Source: Heterodontus francisci
Taxonomy: Eukaryota
Direction: 5' to 3'
Assembly: GCF_036365525.1 (NCBI RefSeq)
Contig: NC_090418.1
Location: forward strand, 15,128,248-15,192,247
DNA: 64,000 bases
In this document: positions 38,551 to 50,983 of the stretch, piece after piece
Layout: the number at the start of each line of letters is the position of its first letter
How positions within the stretch are numbered: position 1 is the stretch's first letter
The notes under the pieces: generated by a model
The model's input: only the letters and a program-made list of their open reading frames with translations
The model's database searches: none
What the model was told of the DNA's origin: nothing
Position numbers and translations under genes: made by a program

Positions 38551-39240
38551 ATATACCGCCATATATTTGAGTCTATCTACCCAATCAACCTTAGCCAGGT
38601 CTCCCCTCATGCCTAAGTAATTTGCTTTGTTTAACTTTAAGATTCTTGTTTTGGACTCAAGTATGCCATACTATGAGATTACTAATTAACCCTGCCTCAA
38701 TACACAATACTAGATTGAAAACAGCTTTGTCCCTAGTTGGTTCCACAATGTATCTTTCCATAAAACATGCACAAAAGCGTTCTACAAACGCATCTTCCAA
38801 ACTACTTTTGTCGATTTGATTTGTCCAATCTATATGAAGATTAACGTCCCTATTATTCTCCTTTAATCAGTTAAATGACTCCTCACTCGAGTATGTTCTC
38901 CAAATGCAAGTTTATTACTCAAATAGGCAGTCACTGTTAAAGTTGGACAGTAAATTCATACAAACTAGTTTCCTGCTGATCCATGGTGATCAGGCTTGGC
39001 TTCTGTAGGCTGAATGTCCCAATGGCTCAACCCAAAAATAGGCAATTTCATCTTCCCCTTAGAGTGAATCCTCTCATTTGATGCCCACAATGTATTTTGA
39101 AGTGAGGCTGCTTGTCACCAAACCTCCACAGACGCTAACATAATGGCCATCTTGATAGTTTGATTGTTAATAAGTTTAACTTAAAGTCTCCTGTCGAGCA
39201 ATAAGGGACAGGAGCTGCCCTGAGAATCCCAGACAGATAA

Positions 39241-40245
39241 CTTTTTTATTTTATTTGCAAAATATACTTTATTCATAAAAATCTGTAAAAATTACATTCC
39301 CAAACTGTTTAAAACAGCATCAAGTCAAAAAATACAACAGCGCAAAGGTGATCAGTTTCCTTCTATACAATCATGAGTTGCCTCACAACCCTTCCATTTC
39401 ATTGTCATGCCATATACATTTTTACATTTACAGCACACAAAATTTTCCCGGTACAGTTCGAGGGGTTTCCCATGGATCCAGCCCCTCAGTTCAGCTTGGT
39501 GGGGGGACCTTACACTGTGGTCTTTCCCCATTGAGCCTTTGCTGCGGCTGCCCCAAGCTTTAGTACGTCCTTCAGCACGTAGTCCTGGACCTTGGAATAT
39601 GCCAGTCTGCAACATTCGGTGGTAGCCAACTCTTTGCGCTGGAAGACCAGCAAGTTTCGGGCAGACCAAAGGGCGTCTTTCACTGAATTGATAGTCCTCC
39701 AGCAGCAGTTGATGTTTGTCTCGGTGTGCGTCCCTGGGAACAGCCCGTAGAGCACAGACTCCTGTGTTACAGAGCTGCTTGGGATGAACCTCGACAAAAA
39801 CCACTGCATCTCTTTCCACACCTGCTTTGCAAAGACACATTCCAGGAGGATGTGGACAACAGTCTCTTCCCCACCACAGCCACCACGGGGGCATTTTGCG
39901 GAGGGGGCGAGACTGCGGGCGTGCAGGAAGGATCTGACGGGGAGGGCCCTTCTCACCACCAGCCAAGCTACATCTTGGTGCTTGTTTCAAAGTTCTGGTG
40001 ATGAGGCATTCCGCCAAATGACTTTGGCGGTCTGCTCGGGGAACCATCCGACGGGATCCCCCGTCTCCTTTTCCCGTAGGGCCTTGAGGACATTCCGTGC
40101 AGACCGCTGCCTGATGGACCGGTGGTTAAAGGTGTTTTCCCGCAGAAACTGCTCCACGAAGGATAGGTGGTACGGCACGGCCCAACTGCATGGAGCGTTC
40201 CGCGGCAATGTGACCAGGTCCATCCTTCGCAAAACCGGGGACAGA
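39241..40245 (-). mobile_element. Tx1/L1-clade LINE, 5'-truncated 3' end
   Basis: C-terminal zinc knuckle CPRGGCGGEETVVHILLEC, W..RN motif, AATAAA plus A-rich tail; GACAGATAA on both flanks. Confidence 0.85.
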
Positions 40246-41139
40246 TAATATGACTACTGGCTGGCTGTAAAGAAACTCCATTGTTCCAGCTAACTTCTGA
40301 ATTTAACAAAAATCCTTATCTGAAAATCACAATACGGTGTGATTAACATAAAGCATATTCTAACATTCCCCCTAATGAACATGATTTTTAAACTATTTTT
40401 CAATTGTGTTAACCTACTAGCTAGATCATCTTGAGCCCACAATCTTAAAATTACAAACCTGTAAATCACTCAGTACCAACTTAATTACGAATACTTCTGT
40501 GGATTTTGCTGGTTGAGTGGAAACTCTGCAGAAACACGGAACCTTCCAAAGGCCCACATAAATAGGCAAAGTTCGCCTGCGAAACACTCCACGTATATTG
40601 TTACAATCCGGTCAGGGACCATTTACTTTTTAAAAAGAGAAAGTTGAATTCCCAGTTATTTCTGAAAGAATTATGCCACAAAATTTCACATTTTAAACAA
40701 AACTTTACTGTAAGAGTTAAAAAAGCACAACACTACTAACAACACTACAACTTGAGACATTTATATTTTGAATTTAAGATCCTACAGAACAGGGCTATTT
40801 GACTGTTCTGTCCACCGAGTTCCCAATACTTTACAGGATCTTGGTGGTTTCTTCAATTCTCCTGGGATCAATCCAACATGTACCACAGCTCTTGGGAATT
40901 CACATTGATTTCCTTAATTTCTCAGCTGTCTTCTGCGGTTTGAGATTTTCTGGGGATTCTCCCTCGAGCTTTGGCGAGGCAAATCCTTCAGTTCACCTTC
41001 AAAAGCTCATGAAACTGGTTTTCGCAGCTTGAGTATGGGCCTGCCTCAAAACAGAAATGCCCCTGGTTCCTAATGGCCTCTTTGCTCCTAAGTCCAGTGT
41101 CAAGAAAACACTAAATACCAAATGAGAAATATCAATTCA

Positions 41140-42165
41140 TTGATTGGAAACTTACGTTAGACTTTTAATGGAAAAAATACTACAGTTAACTTTAAAAAAA
41201 ACTGTCAGCCAAGATGACCACCACGATTTGCATCTGAAACACCTTTGCACATTCCAAGACGTCCAACCAGAGTCAGAAGTCTGAGAAGCATAGACCCAGA
41301 ACAATGGCTTGCTGTAAGTAATTGAATTACCTAGAATTGTTTAATTAGCACAGCCGACAAGGCAATCCTGGCATATTGCCTTTGAAACAGCAAACCCCTC
41401 CAGTGTAAATGTTGGTATCCTGGGGACTGTGGAGCCAATTCCGAACCTGGTATTTCATTAGAAGGTTCCAGAGAATACGCTGAGGCGACCATGTGACCAT
41501 CTCCCCAGACTGTCTAAAATTGGTACACACAAGAGACAAACAGTAACTGAGGGTGCAGCAGCAACAAGGGCTGTGAGCCTCCCTTCCTCTCTCTCTCTCT
41601 CTAGAAAACATCAAGTTTGAAAACCGTCTGCGACTGTGGACCATCCAAGCCTACAAACTGCTACAGCCAGAGACAAGGGGAGGAGAGCCACCTACAAGAC
41701 TGCCTCCAAGAAAGCCTTAGCCAAGTGGGCCAGCTACAAAGTGCACTTTAACCAGCCAAAGTCTTCAAGAATATAACTCCAGCAGGACACCACCAAATCA
41801 TCCAACTTCAGACTGTGTATTTAACTTTTATTTATTCTGGACTTCAATCCAACCAAACACCTACTTTCCACTCTGTAATCTATTTGAGTGTGTTTGTGAT
41901 CCTTGTGTGAATATGTGCGTGAATTCGTAGCTTTTTTTTTATTAGACTTAGCTTGCTCAAAAAGTTAGATAAACTTATCTCTTTCTTGTTTAAACTCAAG
42001 AAGACCTATCCGATTGGTTCTTTCACGACCACATTAAGGGTGAAAGGTAAAACACTCACTGAGGTGGTAAGTACAACCACTGTTTAAAAAGGAATAAACC
42101 CTGCTGCGGTCATATAAGAAGGGCAAGAGGGGCGGCTGTGACCCCCTTCTCACCTGGCTGTAACA
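41140..42165 (+). mobile_element. Possible solo LTR
   Basis: Non-coding, AATAAA near the end, terminus ...CACCTGGCTGTAACA; left boundary uncertain. Confidence 0.4.
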
Positions 42166-43409
42166 CCAGCTGCTCCCAAAGTCAACAGTTTTCCAAGAGC
42201 CAACTGACTGTCCCAGCAAACCCTCCCGCCCAAAATGAAACACCAGACTCCAAAAGGCAGTTCCGTAGCGATATGTGGTACACGTGGGATGTCCCAGATA
42301 GCTATTTAAACTAATTATTTCTGATTCCAAATCTTCTATTTGTTCTGGGAGATATGAATATTTTAAACCCCTGATTACAACAGATGGAGTCTCCATCAAC
42401 AAATTAAGAGGCTTCCCATTATGTAGGGTTGTTACCCAATATGACCCTACCAAATAAACATGGGCCACCCTTTGATTTGTAACCATCCTAGGTTTGTTTG
42501 CCAGTGTCTCAAACCAGCTGTTTTCATCTGTCTTGCACTTAAAAAAAAAATTCCCAAATCAAAAGTTACCTCTAGAAAATTAATACAAAAGATGAACCTT
42601 GTGATTGTAACAATACAAAGTAATAATGAGAACAATTGTCAAAACAAACTGAACAATTAAGAAAACCTAAGAGAGTATACAAGCCCAGACGGATTGTCCC
42701 ACATTGTATTTCATCACGTGACTTGGGTCCTTTCCAAAGAGAAAGGCCACAACGAGGGCCGAAGGGCCTGTACTGCGCTGTAATGTTCTATGTTCTATAC
42801 ATGGCCACACTTTTTGGATTTCTTGATGCTGATGGAAGTGACCAATAGCTTTCCCTCCATGAAGAAGCTGATGACAGAAATCTGCAGCTCAAAGTTCTTT
42901 GACAAATCCAGGTTACTCTCAATCAGTTGACGTGCTGACTTGGAAATCTCTTCACTTTTCTCCATATTCTGTTGTGCTGCTTCCTGACCCAGCTATGCCG
43001 CAACCACTTCAGCCTGGTCATTCATTTCTTCAACTTTCTCGTCACCTTACAGTACTTCTGCTTTCTCCATTTCCTGCTTTTTCATCATTTCCCTTGTCCT
43101 TTCTTCATCCAGTATCAGAGGTTCTGCATTGGCTTCCGCTTCAATGTCCGCCCCTGACTGCTCAGTTCCCAATTTGCTGGTTCCGTTCCCGAGATTCCAG
43201 TGTGCTTGTTTGAATGGAGTGGTTTCTTTAACTGCATCATTCCGGATTTCTTTAGAGAGGTGTCTTCCACGAATGTCCCGTCATCCATTTTTCGGTCTTC
43301 AGTCTTCAATTCTTCCTCAGTCTATACGATGAGTTTCCAAATCTCCATCTCCACTTCCTTATCTGTGAGGTTGAGCTTAGGCTCTGTACCTACAGCATCG
43401 TCTGAGTTA

Positions 43410-43768
43410 TTAGATTAGATTAGATTAGAGATACAGCACTGAAACAGGCCCTTCGGCCCACCGAGTCTGTGCCGAACATCAACCACCCATTTATACTAAT
43501 CCTGCACTAATCCCATATTCCTACCAAACATCCCCACCTGTCCCTATATTTCCCTACCACCTACCTATACTAGTGACAATTTATAATGGCCAATTTACCT
43601 ATCAACCTGCAAGTCTTTTGGCTTGTGGGAGGAAACCGGAGCACCCGGAGAAAACCCACGCAGACACAGGGAGAACTTGCAAACTCCACACAGGCAGTAC
43701 CCGGAATCGAACCCGGGTCCCTGGAGCTGTGAGGCTGCGGTGCTAACCACTGCGCCACTGTGCCGCCC
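43410..43768 (-). mobile_element. tRNA-derived SINE (HE1/V-SINE-like), full length
   Basis: Reverse complement of the other copies, with an (AATCT)n tail. Confidence 0.92.
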
Positions 43769-44361
43769 TATTGTGTGCGACTTCTATACGTGTCTTTTAC
43801 TGGCAAAGACCCCTGCTCGAGCACAGACTGCAGTGACTCAAGGCAATTGCCCCAAAACTCTATCTTCTTCCTGGTTTTCCATATTTTTGCATTTAACCTT
43901 ACTGGTTTCAAACTCCTCTTTCACTCTTTTGCTGAATTTTAGCAATGTCTAATGTTTAGCATAGTTCATATCCGCACACTCCTCTGGTTTTCTGCCGTTG
44001 TGTCCAAGACAATGATGCTCGATGCTGACTGTTGACCGTGGCTTCTCTAGCATGGATCCCTGGCTTGCAATATGCAGTGATTTCCTGCAAATAGGCTTTT
44101 AGAATTCCGTCATCCTTTACAATTCTACACCTGCTGCATTAATGCACTGCATCAGCGAGTTTTCTTCATTTGCGCTACATCTTATGTCCGATTCTTGCTT
44201 GCCCTTGGACTTTCTTTCCAGCTTCCCATTCCATGGCAGTCCTTCAACGGAGGTAACCTTCAACAAACACTGACCAATGCTGTCTCTTTTCTGTGGCGAT
44301 TACGGTGTTCCTCTGCCAAGCTTTGGCCTCCTCGAGATTGTCTTCTTTGCCTCCTTTGCTC

Positions 44362-46630
44362 AGAAGATTGACCTCCAACAACCACAACCATCTTCCTTTG
44401 CGTTAGGTATGACTCCAACCAGCAGAGAGATTTTCCCCGATTCCCATTGACCTCAGTTTTGCTAGAGCCATTTATGCCATACTCAGTCAAATGCTGCCTT
44501 GATGTCAAGGGCAGTCACTCTCACCTTACCTCGAGTTCAGCTCTTTTGTCCATGTTTGAACCAAGGTTGGAATGAGGTCAGGAGGTGAATGGCCCTGGCG
44601 GAACCCAAACTGAACGTCACTGAGCAGGTTATTGCTAAGCAAGAGCTGCTTGATAGCACTGTTGATGACTCCTTCCATAACTTTACTGACGATTGAGAGT
44701 AGACTGATGGGGCGGTAATTGGCCGGGTTGGACTTGTCCTGTTTTTTGTATACAGGACATCCCTGGGCAATTTTCCGCATTGCCGGGTAGATGCCAGTGT
44801 TGTAGAAGTACTGGAACAGCTTGGATACGGGCGCGGCAAATTCTGGAGCACAGACCTTCACTACTATTGCCGGAATATTGTCAGGGCCCACAGCGATTGC
44901 AGTATCCAGTGCCTTCAGTCGTTTCTTGATATCACGTGGAGTGAATCGAATTGGCTGAAGTTTGGCATCTGTGATGCTGGGGACTTCAGGAGGAGGCCGA
45001 GATGGATCATCAACTCAGCACTTCTGGCTGAAGATCACTGAAAATGCTTCTGCCTTAACTTTCGCGCTGATGTGCTGGGCTCCCCCATCATTGAGGATGG
45101 GGATATTTGTGGAGCTTCCTCCACCAGTTAGTTGTTCAATTGTCCACCATCATTCACGGCTGGATGTGGCAGGACTGCAGAGCTTAGATCTGATCCGTTG
45201 GTTATGGGATCGCTTAGCTCTGTCTATCGCATACTGCTTATGCAGTTTGGCATGCAAGTCGTCCTGGATTGTAGCTTCACCAGGTTGACACCTCATTTTG
45301 AGGAATGCCTGGTGCTGCTCCTGGCATGCCCTCCTGCACTCTTCATTGAACTAGGGTTGGTCTCCTGGCTTGATTGTAATGGTAGAGTGGGGAACATGCC
45401 AGGCCATGAGGTCACAGATTGTGGCTGAGTACAATTCTGCTGCTGCTGATGGCCCACAGCGCCTCATGGATGCCCAGTTTTGCATTGCTAGATCCGTTGG
45501 AAATCTATCCCATTCAGCACGGTGATAGTGCCACACAACACGATGGACGGTATCCTCAATGTGAAGGCGGGACTTCGTCTCTACAAGGACTGTGCGGTGG
45601 CCATTCCTACCAATACGGTCATGGACAGAAGCATCTGCGGCAGGCAGATTGATGAGGACGAGGTCAAGTATGTTTCTCCCTCGTGTTGGTTCCCTCACCA
45701 CCTGCCGCAGACCCAGTCTAGCAGCTATGCCCTTTAGGACACGGCCAGCTCGGTCAGTAGTGGTACTACCGAGGCGCTCTTGGTGATGGACATTGAAGTC
45801 CCCCAACCAGAGTACATTCTGTGCCCTTGCCACCTCAGTGCTTCCTCCAAGTGCTTTTAACATGGAGGAGTACTGAGTCATCGGTTGAGGGAGGGCAGTA
45901 GGTGGTAATCAGCAGAAGGTTTCCTTGTCCATGTTTGACCTGATGCCATGAGACTTCATGGGGTCCGGAGTCGATGTTGAGGACTCCCAGGGCAACTCCC
46001 ACCCTACTCTCTACCACTGTGCTGCCACCTCTGCTGGGTCTGTCCTGCCGGTGGGACAGGACATACCCAGGGATAGTGATGGCAGTATCTGAGACATTGT
46101 CTGTAAAGTACGATTCCGTGAGTATGACTATGTCAGGCAGTTGCTTGACTAGTCTGTGGGACAGCTCTCCCAACTTTGGCACAAACCTCCAGATGTTAGT
46201 GAGGACTTTGCAGGATCGACAGGGCTGGGTTTGCCGTAGTCGTTTCTGGTGCCTAGGTTGATGCCGGGTGGTCCGTCCAGTGTCATTCCTTTTTACTGAC
46301 TTCGTAGCGGTAAGATACAACTGAATGGCTTGCTAGGCCATTTCAGAGGGCATGTAAGAGTCAACCACATTGCTGAGGGTCTGGAGTCACATGTAGGCCA
46401 GGCCAGGTAAGGACGGCAGATTTCCTTCCCTAAAGGACATTAGTGAACCAGATGGGTTTTTACAACAATCGACAATGGTTTCATGGCCATCATTAGACAA
46501 GCTTCTTAATTCCAGATTGTTTATTAATTGAATTCAAATTTCACCTTCTGCTTTGGTGGGATTCGAACCCCAGAGCAATACCCCAGGTCTATGGGTTCCT
46601 AGTCCAGCGACAATACCACTATGCCACCTA
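44362..46630 (-). mobile_element. tRNA-headed single-ORF LINE, 5' two-thirds (head, APE, RT start)
   Basis: A box TGGCATAGTGG and B box GGTTCGAATCC, then DIVILTES, GDFN, LDLVL, GPDNIP, NYRPISLL and QFGFR. Confidence 0.88.
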
Positions 46631-48109
46631 AAGTACTTCCGTGACTGCGAGCGCATTGGCACATCCTGAGATTGCGAGAATGCAAATTGTTTCTTAATTG
46701 TTCTGCCGGGTGCTCCTCAAAATGACCACATGACGGGGGAAGGAATGGAGCTGGCAGCAATGCTTGTTTGAACACTTAGTGAAGAAAAAAGGGGAGGGGG
46801 AGGACATAGCCTGGCCATTACAGGGCAAGTCAGTTTAATTTTAGTGCTGGAATTATGGGAGTAGAGGCCTGATGAGTGGGCTCTCCGGCTCCTTCCTGCT
46901 CGCTCAATGCCGAGGGAATTTTACCCCCATGATAATCTCTTCACTGTCAGTCCCGTTAAGTAACCCTCACTTGGCAGAACAACTCCCCCAGCTGCCCTTC
47001 TCCCTTCAAGTCCTCACTTTTGGTTGCTACCCACTGGCATTTCACCACAGCTCAGGTTTGCTCCTCCTTTTTCCTCCCCCAAGCCTGAAAATTCCAATGA
47101 ATTCATCTCAAAATCTCTCTTCTGAAGGAGTTAAACATCTTGCTTGCTCAAAGTCTATTTGTTGATTCAACGAGTCAACAGTCGGCCTGTGATCAGCTCA
47201 GGCCCGAATGAGCCTGCCAACTGTTGGCCTTGTCGGGCTAGGCCGCCCTGACCGGTGTGTCGGCTGCAATCTCTGTCAACACACACATCTCTGCCGTGAT
47301 GGGGAGACAGGTGTCAACACACTCCAAGTTCTTCTTGAGCTCGGTGACTGTCATTCTACCAAGGGTCGAACCAGGGTTGGTCTCCTGGCTTGATGGTAAT
47401 GGTAGAGTGGGGAACATGCCAGGCCATGAGGTCTACCAAGCACTCGGCCCAGTGTCGTTCAGTCAGCTGCAGGTAGACACCGTCCAGGTGGGCACTCTAG
47501 TAACAGCTCCACTATGTCTACATTCACTCCTGACCTTTGTTACTGCTTAAATACAAACTACAATCGAGAAGCGGGCCAATCAACCTATCCAGCCTGTGCT
47601 GATCTTTCTCCTTAACCCCATGAACCCATCTTCTTCCTTTATTCTCCTTTTCCTTCAACCATCAATCTAATGGATCCTTCAACGTTACCCTGTTCTCTGC
47701 TTCACTCACTCACTCACTCCAGGCGTGCCTCAGCCTCACAACCCTCTACATAAAAAGAACATTTCTCCAGGTCTCTCTTCTCCTTAGCAACAGAACGCAA
47801 AAGTTCGTGGAAATCTGGAACTCTCCCAACAAAAGCTTTGACGTTTTGGTTAACTGAAAATTTCAAAAGCGAGATTGACAGGTTTTTGTTAAGCAAGGGT
47901 ATTAAGGCGTAGGGAACCAAGGCAGGTAAAGAGAGTTCAAATATAGAACTGCCATGAACTGGTTGAATGGCAGAACAGGTTTGAGGGGCTGAATGGCCTC
48001 CTCCTGTTCCAATGATCCAAAGTCTGTTAATAGTTAATCTTATATTTGTGTCCTCTCATTCTGCACACCTGAACCACTGAAACAGTCTGTTCCAATCCTT
48101 CACAATTCT

Positions 48110-48312
48110 TCATCTTCTTCTTCTTCTTTGGCCCCCTTGTCTCGGGAGACAATGGGTAAGTGCCTGGAGGTGGTCAGTAGTTTGCACGCCTGGTGTGGCT
48201 ATAAAGGCTAATTCTCAAGTGACAGACTCTTCCGCAGGTGCTGCAGATAAAATTGGTTGTCGGGGCTGTTACACAGTTGCTTCTCTCCTTGTGCTTCTGT
48301 CTTTTTCCTGCC
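48110..48312 (-). mobile_element. RTE-type LINE 3' end
   Basis: Minus strand encodes a FICSTCGRVCH.RI.LYSH.R-type terminal zinc finger followed by a (GAA)n tail. Confidence 0.7.
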
Positions 48313-48695
48313 TTCGGCAATTCTAAACATCATCAAATAACCTCACAATCTCCTCTGTTCCAGTGAAAACAGTCCCAAACTGGAGTCATTTATTGTATTT
48401 GTTGCTCCTTATGTCAGGTGATCTAGTTTATGTCAAAGCCTCTCTACTGCCTAAACATCCTTCTGCAGTGTGGAGTCCAAAACTGTACGCAGTCTCCAAT
48501 TACTGGAGTAGTTGTGCTGTATCTCCCTCTCCTCGCCTCTCCCTTCCCTCCCCTCCCCTCCTCCCACCCCCCCCCCACCCCCCACCCCCCCCCCCCACCA
48601 CCCCCCCCCCCCCCACCCCCCCCCCCCCGTCTGCTCTCTCTCCTCCCCCCAGCATTCTCTCTCTCTCTCACTCTCTCCCTCCCAGTTTGGCCTCA

Positions 48696-49245
48696 GCTGG
48701 AGTATTGCGACCAGTTATGGGCACTGCACTTTAGGAAGGAGGTGAAGGCGTTCGAGAGGGTGCAGAAAAGATTCACGAGAATGGTTCCAGGTATGGGGAA
48801 TTTCAGTCATGAAGATAGATTGGAGAAGTTAGGACTGTTTTCCTTGGACAAGAGAAGGCTGAGAGGAGATTTGATGGAGGTATTCAAAATCATGAGGGGT
48901 CTGGACAGAGTAGATAGAGAGAAACTGTTCCCACTTGTGAAAGGATCGAGAACGAGAGGGCACAGATTTAAAGTAATTGGTACGAGAAGCAAAAGCGACA
49001 TGGGGAAAAACATTTTTCACACAGCGAGTGGTTAAGGTCTGGAATGCGCTGCCTGAGAGTGTGGTGGAGGCAGGTTGAATGGAAGCATTCAAAAGGGAAT
49101 TGGACTGTTATTTGAAAAGGAAGAATGTGCAGGGTTACATGGAGAAGGCGGAGGAGTGGCACTAGGTGAACAGTTCATCTGCAGAGCCGGTGCAGACACG
49201 ATGGGCCGAATGGCCTCATTCAGCACTGTAACAATTCTGTGATTC
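48696..49245 (+). mobile_element. CR1-like LINE 3' end
   Basis: PQLEYC...ERVQKRFTRM ORF and tail. Confidence 0.88.
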
Positions 49246-49734
49246 TTCCCCCAAGCCTTTCTCTATCTCTTTCTCCACCACCCCCCCTGCCCCGCCAGCC
49301 TGCTCTGTCTTTCCTTCTCCCCCAGCCTGCGCACCCCCTCTCTCTGTTTCCCTACGCCCAGCCTGTGTTCTCCCCCATCCCACTGAGCCTGCACACACAC
49401 ACTCTCTCTCTCTCTCTCTCTCTTTCACCCCCACCCCCCAGTCTGCTGCCTCATCCTCTTCCTCCCGCCTGCTCTCTCTCTCCCTCTCAACCCCCCCACC
49501 CTGCTCCCTCTCTCCTCCCTCAGCAAGTGAGGGTTGGTATAGCAAAGTTAAGGAGACTCCAGTACAAGGTGAGCCCAACCTTCGCAAGGACTCTGGCAAC
49601 AGCCAGTGGGTCATGTTGATTGTTTGCTTCAGGATCAATATTGACTGGAATCCAAAGGCAAGAGATTGCCACGGAGCCGATTGTGGGCGAGGTGACCCAC
49701 ACTGCCAGTATGCTCCACCCCTGCCTCTTTCTCC

Positions 49735-49836
49735 CCTCATTGGCCCATGACTTCGAGGCCTGGGCATAAATGGCCCTGGATCAGAGGACTGAATTTCACA
49801 GACCAGGAATCCGTCTGCTTGTGTGGTCAGACTGAG
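49735..49836 (+). promoter_or_regulatory. Putative pentraxin B promoter and non-coding exon 1
   Basis: Reverse CCAAT (49739), CATAAAT (~49765), and a ~40-nt exon ending AG|GTAAGT (49837); an alternative TATAAAT lies at ~50094. Confidence 0.45.
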
Positions 49837-50707
49837 GTAAGTGAAGCCTTTCTGATGTGAAGGGGCAAGACACAGATCGGCCAGTACCCGGGCCCTGCCC
49901 CCTCAGACAGCTGGCAGAGACTGCAGGTATACCCACAGGCTACGCTCTCCACCTCCTGGAGCGAGTGAGTCCTGAATAAGGGATGTTACCCAAGCACGGC
50001 AGTCACTCCCTGTCCCAGGTGTGCTTAAGAATTATTTTAAAACTTGTAAACAATCCAACTGGGTTTGTGAGTGACACGGGAGTGTCGCCATTGTATAAAT
50101 CGGGACCCAGAGACCAACAAGACCCAGGGGAAGGTTCCCCATGTGTACACTGGTCTTTTCCTCACTGAGGGAGAGCGTCTTCCTCTCCCACCCCTCCCCA
50201 TCCATCAACCTCCTTCCCTCTCAACACCCTCCCTTCCTCTTCCCATCTCCATCTCTCCTTCCCTCCCTCACTCTCCTCTCCCTTCCTTCCCTTTCCTCCC
50301 ACCCTCCTTTCTTCCTTCTCCCACCTCCATACCAGGTCCTCCCTCTCCTCCCTCCACCTCTAACCCACATTCCTCTCCTCCCTCCCACCTTGGTGAGGGG
50401 AGAGGGTAAGGAACAGTGTGGAGGGGCAGGGTAGAAATAGTCAATGCACTAGGGCTTTTTAGCTTCAAACCAACTGCACCAGTTCAAAGCACAGAGGCAG
50501 AGATTGGACAGAGAAAGAAGCGACAGGCTCCTCACTAAACATAATGTGCAGGGTGTTTGGAACATGCGGATCGACAGGATCCATGCTGTGTTTGTGCTGA
50601 GGCTCAGGGTTCATGGCGTATCTGGGCTGAGGCTCAGGGTTCAGGGTTCACTGTGCATCTGTGCTGAGATCCTAACCAGAATTCTCTTTCCTCAACTGAC
50701 AGTCACA

Positions 50708-50777
50708 ATGAACATCTTTCTCCTGATATCCATCGCTTGCCTGGTTACTCCGCTTGTTATTGGTGACAAACGTGAAG
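50708..50777 (+). CDS. Pentraxin B signal-peptide exon (MNIFLLISIACLVTPLVIGDKRE-G)
   Basis: Acceptor CTGACAG at 50701-50702, ATG at 50708, hydrophobic leader, phase-1 donor G|GTAAAT. Confidence 0.88.
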
Positions 50778-50983
50778 GTAAATACACACTTTTATTGTCA
50801 CACTGATTAAAACACACATGGATCTGTAAATAGTCGCACTCACACACTCATCTCAAACATAAGAATTAAATCACTGCTTAATAATCTGTGCTCAAGTCAA
50901 TATGAGCCGTGTCTCTGCAACCCCTGTGGTATTAACCAGAGTGACCCAGTATTCTGACACACTCACCCTGTCTCCCACTGTAG

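Noticed and set aside
50902-50983. ORF-track ATG start for pentraxin B
   Set aside because: Intronic read-through; the signal-peptide exon at 50708-50777 splices in phase
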